NCBI GenBank assembly: GCA_019744845.1 | Contig: JAIETW010000001.1 | Span: 482,859 to 546,858 of the forward strand | Length of the DNA stretch: 64,000 nucleotides | Source of the DNA: Patescibacteria group bacterium | GTDB taxonomy: Bacteria > Patescibacteriota > Minisyncoccia > Phycocordibacterales > Phycocordibacteraceae | Direction of reading: 5' to 3' | Shown: piece after piece, positions 16,413 through 23,789 of the stretch | Position numbering within the stretch: position 1 is the first letter of the stretch | Layout of the letters: each line of letters begins with the position of its first letter | Made by a program: the position numbers and the translations under genes | The notes under the pieces: model-generated | Told to the model about the DNA's origin: nothing | Databases searched by the model: none | Seen by the model: the letters and a program-made list of their open reading frames with translations, nothing else

Positions 16413-18789
16413 GAGCACGAACAAAAAGAAGCTCGTGCTTCTTGATGCGCACGCGATCATTCACCGTGCGTACCACGCACTCCCGGACTTCACCTCTCCA
16501 AAAGGGGAGCCAACCGGGGCGCTCTACGGCCTTTCTTCCATGCTGCTCCGCATCATGCAGGATCTGAAGCCGGACTACATCGCGGCCTGCTACGATCTTC
16601 CGAAACCAACGGTGCGGCACGAAGCGTACAAAGAATACAAGGGTACGCGCACAAAGACGGATGATGCGCTCATCACGCAGCTTAAGTCGTCTCGCGACGT
16701 GTTCGCTGCCTTTTGCATACCTATATATGAGCGAGAAGGATTTGAAGCAGACGATATCCTCGGCACCATTGCGCACATGCTCAAGGATGATTCTGAGGTA
16801 GACGTCATCATCGCCTCAGGAGATATGGACACACTGCAGCTCGTGGATGGCACGAGAGTGCGTGTGTACACCCTCAAGAAGGGACTGAACGATACGATCA
16901 TGTACGACGAGAAGGCAGTGGAGGCACGCTTCGGATTCTCGCCCGCACTTATCCCTGACTGGAAAGGACTACGGGGAGACCCGTCCGACAACATCAAGGG
17001 CGTGCCGGGTGTTGGAGAGAAGACGGCGACAGACCTCATTGTGAACTTCGGGAGCGTAGAAGAGATCTACAAGAAGCTGAAGAAAAGTGAGAAGACCTTC
17101 CTTGATAAGGGTATTAAGGTGCGCATGGTGAATATTTTGAAGGAGCACGAAGAGGATGCCATGTTCTCCAAGATGATTGCGACTATTCGCACTGATGCAC
17201 CGATTGCGTTCGCGCTTCCTGACGCAGAGCAGGTGGCCGCCACGCGCGGGAAGAAAGTGCTCGCGCTCTTTGATGAGCTCGGCTTCCGTTCACTGCGAGG
17301 GCGCGCTCGTGCGGTCTTGTTCGGAGGGGAAGAAGATGATGACGAGGAAGACGGGGAAGAAGATCTTCCCGTGGAAGAAGTAGATGCAATGAAACTCGCG
17401 GAAGCAAAGGCGATGCTCTGGCTCCTCCACTCTGACTTTACGAACCCAAGCATTGAAGACGTGATCGCGTTTGCAAAGACGCGCACCTTTGAAGATGCGT
17501 ATGCAGAACTTGAGAAGAAAATAAAAGAGACCGGACGACTCGGAGAAGTGTACGAGAATATAGAGCGACCGCTCATCCCGGTGCTCGTGCGCATGAAGGA
17601 GCATGGAGTTCTCATAGACACCAAAGTGCTCACGACGCTCGCGAAGACCTACCGAAAAGAGCTGGAGGCCATAGAAGCCCGCATATACAAGGCTGCAGGG
17701 CACGAATTTAATGTGAGCTCTCCCAAGCAGCTCGGTACGGTGTTGTTTGATGAGCTGAGCCTTGTCGCGAAGGGGCAGAAGAAGACTGCAGGAGGGCAGC
17801 GCTCCACACGTGAGTCAGAGCTAGAGAAGATCAAAGACCTTCATCCAATCGTAGAAGATATTTTGGAATACCGTGAGCTACAGAAGCTTCTCTCCACGTA
17901 CATTGAAAGCATGCCGCCGCTTCTTGATGAAGAGAATCGTCTCCACGCTGATTTCCTTCAGAGCGGAACGACAACGGGACGCATGGCGAGTGCAAACCCA
18001 AACCTGCAGAATATTCCTATCCGTACTGAGCGAGGCCGCGCAATCCGTAACGCGTTTGTCGCACCGAAGGGTTGCACGCTTGTCGCGCTTGATTACTCAC
18101 AGATTGAACTCAGGATTGCCGCGATTCTTTCAGGCGACAAGAAGCTCGGAGATATTTTCCGCAGTGGACGAGACGTACATCAGGAAGTAGCCGCCGCAGT
18201 ATTTAAAGTGGCACCTGAAAACGTAGACGCAGAAATGCGTCGTCGTGCGAAAGCCATTAACTTCGGCATTCTCTACGGCATGGGTGTGAATTCACTTCGC
18301 GCATCTCTTGGTACGACAACTGCAGAAGCACATAAGTTCTACGACGACTACTTCAGCACGTTCTCTACGCTCGCGGAGTATCTAGAAAAGACCAAAGGCT
18401 TTGCACGCAAGAACGGATACACGGAGACTCTCTTTGGTCGCCGTCGTCAGTTCCCAGAAATGAAATCACCACTTCCATATGTCCGTGCACAAGCAGAACG
18501 TATGGCCATCAATGCGCCAATCCAGGGCACTCAGTCTGACATTATTAAGCTCGCGATGGTACGGATTGATGAGTATCTTCGCACCGACGGACACGACGAC
18601 AAGGCGTACCTTCTTCTTCAGGTGCATGATGAGTTGGTGTACGAGATGAGCGAAGATAGGGCACAGGATCTGATACCAAAAATTAAGGAGATTATGGAGC
18701 AGGTACTTCCTCTTGAGGAGGCGCATAACGTGCCAGTGGTCGCTGAAGTAAAGAAGGGCCCCAACTGGGGTACCATGGAGCGCATATGA
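16405..18789 (+). CDS. polA: DNA polymerase I (5'-3' exonuclease plus polymerase; proofreading domain reduced)
   Basis: EADD, SGDMD, GDPSDN, DYSQIELR, KAINFG, QVHDE motifs. Confidence 0.96.
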   Translation: MPKSTNKKKLVLLDAHAIIHRAYHALPDFTSPKGEPTGALYGLSSMLLRIMQDLKPDYIAACYDLPKPTVRHEAYKEYKGTRTKTDDALITQLKSSRDVFAAFCIPIYEREGFEADDILGTIAHMLKDDSEVDVIIASGDMDTLQLVDGTRVRVYTLKKGLNDTIMYDEKAVEARFGFSPALIPDWKGLRGDPSDNIKGVPGVGEKTATDLIVNFGSVEEIYKKLKKSEKTFLDKGIKVRMVNILKEHEEDAMFSKMIATIRTDAPIAFALPDAEQVAATRGKKVLALFDELGFRSLRGRARAVLFGGEEDDDEEDGEEDLPVEEVDAMKLAEAKAMLWLLHSDFTNPSIEDVIAFAKTRTFEDAYAELEKKIKETGRLGEVYENIERPLIPVLVRMKEHGVLIDTKVLTTLAKTYRKELEAIEARIYKAAGHEFNVSSPKQLGTVLFDELSLVAKGQKKTAGGQRSTRESELEKIKDLHPIVEDILEYRELQKLLSTYIESMPPLLDEENRLHADFLQSGTTTGRMASANPNLQNIPIRTERGRAIRNAFVAPKGCTLVALDYSQIELRIAAILSGDKKLGDIFRSGRDVHQEVAAAVFKVAPENVDAEMRRRAKAINFGILYGMGVNSLRASLGTTTAEAHKFYDDYFSTFSTLAEYLEKTKGFARKNGYTETLFGRRRQFPEMKSPLPYVRAQAERMAINAPIQGTQSDIIKLAMVRIDEYLRTDGHDDKAYLLLQVHDELVYEMSEDRAQDLIPKIKEIMEQVLPLEEAHNVPVVAEVKKGPNWGTMERI

Positions 18790-19436
18790 TGTATCTCTTC
18801 CACGGCTCAGACGCAGGGAAGACGCGCGCAAAAGCGTTTCAATGGATCACTGCCGCACGCGCAAAACAACCAGAGGCACCGTACCTTCGCTTTGACGCGA
18901 CGTCACTTTCTGAAACCGCGCTTCTTAACGCACTCGCAACTCAAGGACTCTTTTTTAAGAAATCCCTCATTCTCATTGATGATCCATTCTCAGTCGCAGA
19001 ATCAGGTGCGGTGGTGGTAGAGCACCTTGAGGAAATACAAAAGACGGAGAACATTGTCGCAATTCTTGCGCCGAAGCTTCTTGCCGCACGCGTAAAGAAA
19101 TTAGAAACGAAAGCAGAAAAAGTATTTGTCTGCGATGCTGCGGAAAAGAAGGTGCGTGGTTTTAACAGTGGGCTCGTGAATGCGCTCGCGGCAAAAGACC
19201 AAGCGCTTCTCTGGAAAGAAGTGGTCAAAGCACTCCGGGAGGGTGACGCCCCAGAAGCAGTACATGGCCTCCTCCACTGGAAAGCGCGTGACATGATGCA
19301 GAAGGGAAGCCCGAAGTGGGGTAAAGACGGTGCACGCGTACTTTCTCGTCGTCTTATTGAACTTCTTTCAGACTCCCGAAGTGGAGATCTTCCACTCGCC
19401 GCATCGCTTGAGCGATTCGCGCTCACGCTTAAATAA
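18786..19436 (+). CDS. holA: DNA polymerase III delta-subunit-like protein (short)
   Basis: MYLFHG N-terminus, QGLF motif, C-terminal LERF. Confidence 0.65.
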   Translation: MMYLFHGSDAGKTRAKAFQWITAARAKQPEAPYLRFDATSLSETALLNALATQGLFFKKSLILIDDPFSVAESGAVVVEHLEEIQKTENIVAILAPKLLAARVKKLETKAEKVFVCDAAEKKVRGFNSGLVNALAAKDQALLWKEVVKALREGDAPEAVHGLLHWKARDMMQKGSPKWGKDGARVLSRRLIELLSDSRSGDLPLAASLERFALTLK

Positions 19437-19442
19437 ACGTAG

Positions 19443-19515
19443 TCCGCCCGCCAGGGCTCGAACCTGGGACCGTCTCCTTAAAAGGGAGCTGCTCTACCGA
19501 CTGAGCTACGGGCGG
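19443..19515 (-). tRNA. tRNA-Lys(TTT)
   Basis: Cloverleaf; anticodon loop CTTTTAA; GGTTCGAG T-loop; CCA not encoded. Confidence 0.93.
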
Positions 19516-19550
19516 CTAAGGGACACCGTACCACCTTGCGACCGTGTTTT

Positions 19551-20468
19551 CTAGTACGCGAACACGTCTACGGTCTTTCCTGCGCTATCCGTGAGACGAA
19601 TGGTCTCATGATTTTCTCGCCACAATTCACGTGCACCACCCAAGAACACACGCCACGTACGCTCAGAGAACTCAGGATCATTCTGATACGCGGCAACACA
19701 GGAGTTGTAATTGAGTCCTTCAAGGAAGGATTCACAACTGTTTGATACATCTGACTGCACGTTCTCAGGTACGGTGCAGCGAGGAATGCTCCATGAGGCA
19801 AGCGCACAATCCTCTTTGTCTGACCGGTCGTACCGCATGAGCACTTCTTCTCGTGCGGTAGGGCAGGCGTCTTCAAGATCAGGTTCAAAGTCCTGGAATT
19901 CATCCAAGTATCCCGTGCAGATACTTTCACGGAAGGAAACGCCGAGAGGAGAGCGTCCGGTGGTGACGACGACTGTCTCTCCAGGGGCAACGACAATAGA
20001 GGAAACGGTATTCACACTTCCTGCACGAGGAATAGATACGCCGCCTGGAATAATCCCACCGACACCAGAGGCCATACTCTCAAGCTTCCACCCGGTCATA
20101 GTGATAGGCGCTTCTGCGCGACGAGACACACTGATACTCAAATACTCTTCGCTTGCCGTGGTCCCACGAGGACCGCTTGGGTTACGGGTGATGGAGACGA
20201 CGCCACGATACTCAGACGTCTCACCATAGGAAGAGAGATCTTCAAGCTGTGCACCAAGATCAAAGAATCCACTGTTGTTTCCAGTGATGCCGCTCGTAAA
20301 CCCAGAACCACGCTTAAGTTCATACGGCTCTGCAAGCTCCCCAGGACCATCAATTGGTTTTACGTACGGGCCTGCAGATGCAAAGGGCTTTGCAGGGCCT
20401 CCTGTCATCACCCAGAGGATGAATACGAAAATAAGAATACCTATGAAGAGAAGCGCATTGTTGCTCAT
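19551..20468 (-). CDS. Membrane-anchored lamin-tail-like, Cys-rich surface protein
   Basis: N-terminal TM; EEYLSI, ITMTGWKL and IRLTDSAGKTVD motifs typical of lamin-tail domains. Confidence 0.65.
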   Translation of the reverse strand: MSNNALLFIGILIFVFILWVMTGGPAKPFASAGPYVKPIDGPGELAEPYELKRGSGFTSGITGNNSGFFDLGAQLEDLSSYGETSEYRGVVSITRNPSGPRGTTASEEYLSISVSRRAEAPITMTGWKLESMASGVGGIIPGGVSIPRAGSVNTVSSIVVAPGETVVVTTGRSPLGVSFRESICTGYLDEFQDFEPDLEDACPTAREEVLMRYDRSDKEDCALASWSIPRCTVPENVQSDVSNSCESFLEGLNYNSCVAAYQNDPEFSERTWRVFLGGARELWRENHETIRLTDSAGKTVDVFAY

Positions 20469-20485
20469 GCCTCAATGATACCAGG

Positions 20486-21742
20486 CTAGACTGCGCGCCG
20501 CTGAAGCTCCTCGTGTACTACCTGTGCGTCGCTCCACGGGGTCTTTTTATCCTTCGCTCCCATGATGTAGGGGTCAGTGCCCTTACCAGTGATAAGTACC
20601 ACATCGTCTTCTGCGGCAAGTGAGAGGGCGGTACGGATTGCTTCACGACGGTCCATGACTATCCGTGGCTTCTTCTCCATGCCGTCTGCCATTGCGGCGA
20701 CAATAGCATCTGGATCTTCATCGTACGGATCTTCATTCGTGAGAATAACTTCATGACAGTACTCTTCCGCAATCTTACCCATCTCGGGACGCTTCCAGGT
20801 ATCGCGGCCACCACCAGTGTTTCCAAGTACGCAGATCTTTCGGCGTGCAGGATACGCGTCATAGAGCGCTCGAAGAGAGTCAGGGGTGTGTGCGTAGTCT
20901 ACGACGGCAAGAAAGTTCTGACCCTCATCTATCTGTTCTGCACGACCAGGAATGCGAGAGAGGCTCTGAAGTGCACGCGTGCAAGAAGTCGTGCTTGCAC
21001 CAAGGAACATTGCTGCCTTTACTGCCGCAAGGATATTCATGATGGAGAACACGCCTGGATGCGGGGAGGTGATCGTGGCCCCGTTAAACGTGAAGCGTAC
21101 GGACTCATGTTCCATCACTACGTTCTGCGCATCTCCGTATGAAAAGGGAACCGACTCTTCAACCGGTAATTCCAAGAAACGAATACCGTATGGGTCGTCG
21201 GCATTTGCCACGATTGCGCGAGGACGTTTCTCTGAGCTCGCAAGCTCTTTTCCAATGCGGTACTTCGCGGCGAAGTAATTCTCCATACTTCCATGTGACT
21301 CAATATGTTCACGCGTAAGGTTAGTGAACACCAGTACGTTGAGGGAAGTAAAGAGATGTCGGTACTGGAGTGTGCTTTCGCTCGTGAGCTCCACAACGAC
21401 GTGAGTGCAGCCTGCGTTCTTTGCCTCACGAAAGAATCGTTGCAAAAACCCGCGCCCGGGAAGCGTCATCTTATAGAGATTTGGATGTGATTCGTTTCCT
21501 ATCTTGAAACGGATCGTGCTTGAGAGCGCAACAGTGTGTCCATCCTCTTCAAGAATGGCAGCAATCATTTCTGAGACTGAAGATTTTCCTTTGGTACCGG
21601 TGACACCGATGATGATCATGTCTCGTGCAGGAAATCCGTACCAGAGCGCACTCCCAAATGCCCAGAGATAGTGATAGGGACGAAGAAGTGCCCGGTATAC
21701 GGGACGCGGAAGAATGGTAGAGAGAATATGCCGAAGTCTCAT
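20486..21742 (-). CDS. murE: UDP-MurNAc-tripeptide synthetase (MurE family)
   Basis: GVTGTKGKS, FTNLTREH, VDYAHTPD, EDPYDE, GKG motifs. Confidence 0.9.
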   Translation of the reverse strand: MRLRHILSTILPRPVYRALLRPYHYLWAFGSALWYGFPARDMIIIGVTGTKGKSSVSEMIAAILEEDGHTVALSSTIRFKIGNESHPNLYKMTLPGRGFLQRFFREAKNAGCTHVVVELTSESTLQYRHLFTSLNVLVFTNLTREHIESHGSMENYFAAKYRIGKELASSEKRPRAIVANADDPYGIRFLELPVEESVPFSYGDAQNVVMEHESVRFTFNGATITSPHPGVFSIMNILAAVKAAMFLGASTTSCTRALQSLSRIPGRAEQIDEGQNFLAVVDYAHTPDSLRALYDAYPARRKICVLGNTGGGRDTWKRPEMGKIAEEYCHEVILTNEDPYDEDPDAIVAAMADGMEKKPRIVMDRREAIRTALSLAAEDDVVLITGKGTDPYIMGAKDKKTPWSDAQVVHEELQRRAV

Positions 21743-21744
21743 AG

Positions 21745-22299
21745 TTACCGTGTTGCTGAAGAAAGTGCTGCCTTGAGGCGCGCGTCTTTGCCAGTGATAT
21801 CTCCCGGAACGAGCGCAAGCGCACGACGTGCTTCACGGTCGGTGTATCCAAGTGCTACGAGCGTATCAAATACATCTGAATCCTCTCCTTCATGAGGAGC
21901 AGAAGACACTCCGACTTTCTCTGAAAGCTCCACTACAAGTTTCTCTGCTGCCTTCTTTCCGAGGCCCACAACACGCGTGAGATAGGATATATCACGCTTC
22001 GCGATCGCGCCCTCAAGCGCTTCTCGCGGTGCACGGCGAAGAATGGAGAGGGCAGTCTTTGGCCCTACTCCAGAGACGAGCAAACAGAGCTGGAAGAAGC
22101 GGACGTCAGCGGCATCGGTGAATCCATAGAGCTCTACACCGTCTTGCTTGAAGGCCAGGTGTGTTTGCATGTGGGTTTCCTGTCCGACCATGAGCCCCTC
22201 GGAGGAAATCATGGACACAAAGACCCCCCAGCCCGCCACATCTACGACGGCACCCTCAGGCTCTACCGACACCACGGTTCCTCGTATCTCACGTATCAT
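21745..22299 (-). CDS. ruvA: Holliday junction branch migration protein RuvA
   Basis: LYGF, VSGVGPKTA, GLGKKAAEKLVVEL, LVALGY. Confidence 0.96.
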   Translation of the reverse strand: MIREIRGTVVSVEPEGAVVDVAGWGVFVSMISSEGLMVGQETHMQTHLAFKQDGVELYGFTDAADVRFFQLCLLVSGVGPKTALSILRRAPREALEGAIAKRDISYLTRVVGLGKKAAEKLVVELSEKVGVSSAPHEGEDSDVFDTLVALGYTDREARRALALVPGDITGKDARLKAALSSATR

Positions 22300-22353
22300 T
22301 CACCCCATCCTACCATTTGCGCGAAAAAGGGAGATAGCGTACTATGCCGCGAC

Positions 22354-22611
22354 ATGGCAATCACGAAATCAGCAAAGAAAGCGCACCGCGCCTCCCTTAA
22401 CAAGAAGGTGTTTAACCTTCGTCGCAAGCGTGCACTTAACGATTCCACCAAGGAGGTTAAGAAGCTCATTGCAGAAGGAAAGGGAAAGGATGCGGCTGCG
22501 TCACTTTCCGCTGCCTACAAGGCAATTGATAAGGCAGCAAAGCGCGGAGTGATCAAGAAAAACACCGCCGCTCGTAAGAAGTCCCGCCTCGCAAAGGCAC
22601 TCGCAAAATAA
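22354..22611 (+). CDS. rpsT: 30S ribosomal protein S20
   Basis: MAITKSAKK...IDKAAKRGVIKKNTAARKKSRL; start 22354. Confidence 0.97.
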   Translation: MAITKSAKKAHRASLNKKVFNLRRKRALNDSTKEVKKLIAEGKGKDAAASLSAAYKAIDKAAKRGVIKKNTAARKKSRLAKALAK

Positions 22612-22612
22612 G

Positions 22613-22637
22613 AAGCCGCCCCGAGGGGCGGTTTTTT
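22613..22637 (+). terminator. Intrinsic terminator after rpsT
   Basis: GCCGCCCC-GA-GGGGCGGT followed by T-run. Confidence 0.8.
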
Positions 22638-22641
22638 CATG

Positions 22642-22713
22642 TGCTCTCGGCAGGAATCGAACCTGCATTTCCTCCTTCGGAGGGAGATGTCCTATCCATT
22701 GAACGACGAGAGC
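22642..22713 (-). tRNA. tRNA-Arg(CCG)
   Basis: Cloverleaf; anticodon loop CTCCGAA. Confidence 0.93.
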
Positions 22714-22852
22714 GTTCCGGGGACTATAGCACTATTTACAGTGGTGCTCTCAAGCAAGTAAGGGCACTTTTCTGGAGATTGTTTGGAAGTCCTATTTAGT
22801 ATCAATTCAAACTTGCTTATTATATGGCTTGGGAATTGAACATTTTTTAACC

Positions 22853-22899
22853 CCTTATAAATAATTGACGTATTTATAAGGATGTTATACATTTACAAT
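22853..22899 (+). promoter_or_regulatory. Island promoter with palindromic operator over the -35
   Basis: CCTTATAAATA-attgacg-TATTTATAAGG perfect 11-bp inverted repeat; TTGACG-17-TACATT-6-ATG. Confidence 0.7.
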
Positions 22900-23130
22900 A
22901 TGAGTAAACCTAAAGATCAGGAAAATTCACGGGACAGATTTAAACGTCTTGCCACACAGCGCACCAACAACGTTTTGCAGAAATTAAAAGTTTTAGGCAA
23001 CTGCTCAAATCGCAGTGTGTATGAATACGATGAGGAAGATATCTCAAAAATATTCTCCGAAATTGAAAAGCGTGTAAGAGAAACCAAGGCCAAGTTTCAC
23101 TTTTCCAAAAGGAGTGTTTTTAAGCTCTAA
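22900..23130 (+). CDS. Small basic helical protein, putative island regulator
   Basis: MSKPKD...RFKRLATQRTNNVLQKLKVLGNCSNRSVYEY; first gene of the operon. Confidence 0.75.
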   Translation: MSKPKDQENSRDRFKRLATQRTNNVLQKLKVLGNCSNRSVYEYDEEDISKIFSEIEKRVRETKAKFHFSKRSVFKL

Positions 23131-23133
23131 ACT

Positions 23134-23787
23134 ATGACCGACCATAAAAAATCTATTCTTGCCCTTAAGCCCTTTCCGGCAAAATCTTACGCCGAAGTAG
23201 ATCTTGATCGGCTAGCGGTCTATGCACTTTATACGTTAGACCAAAAACACCTGCCCTTGTATTTCGAATATGCAGCAGTGGCCCTTTTTAGATTGTTCCC
23301 TAAGAAGTTCTCCATGGCTAACTTTAGTCGTTACCCTGATACTTATAGGATCAACAACTCACTGAGACGGCTTGTGGGTGGGCTGGGAACAAAAAGTGAA
23401 AAAGCGGGGTGGGTATCAGGAAGCGTTGAGCATGGGTTCCGAATGACCGATGTAGGGATAGAGATTGCCAAACAGATGGATTTATTACTAAAAGCTCCTG
23501 CCGGAAATAAGCCTGTTAAGCCTCTAGTTTCAAAAACCAGAGGAAGATTTTCTAGCGATGACGTGAAAGAAATTAGAGCATCAGGTGCGTTTGATAAGTG
23601 GCAGACAGGGAAAGAAATTAATGGCCATGAGTTCCTTGCTTTTCTTAAGGCGCCGCCCTATACCCCGAAACACCTCTTGGCAGCCCACCTAACTCGTCTT
23701 AAGGATTCTGCACTAACTGCCAAAGACGGTGTAGTAATAAAGTTTCTTGCTCACATGGAACAAAAATTTAAGGACCTCATAAACTAA
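23134..23787 (+). CDS. Hypothetical protein with probable N-terminal winged helix
   Basis: Helical N-terminal half ending in GWVSGS...GFRMTDVG (wing-like), then a linker and helical C-domain; 3-nt gap to upstream gene. Confidence 0.7.
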   Translation: MTDHKKSILALKPFPAKSYAEVDLDRLAVYALYTLDQKHLPLYFEYAAVALFRLFPKKFSMANFSRYPDTYRINNSLRRLVGGLGTKSEKAGWVSGSVEHGFRMTDVGIEIAKQMDLLLKAPAGNKPVKPLVSKTRGRFSSDDVKEIRASGAFDKWQTGKEINGHEFLAFLKAPPYTPKHLLAAHLTRLKDSALTAKDGVVIKFLAHMEQKFKDLIN

Positions 23788-23789
23788 CT

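Noticed and set aside
22642-22713. tRNA-Arg(CCG) as a mere attR remnant of tRNA-Arg(GCG)
   Set aside because: It is full length, with its own compensated anticodon arm and an upstream TGCTATAGT promoter, so it looks functional
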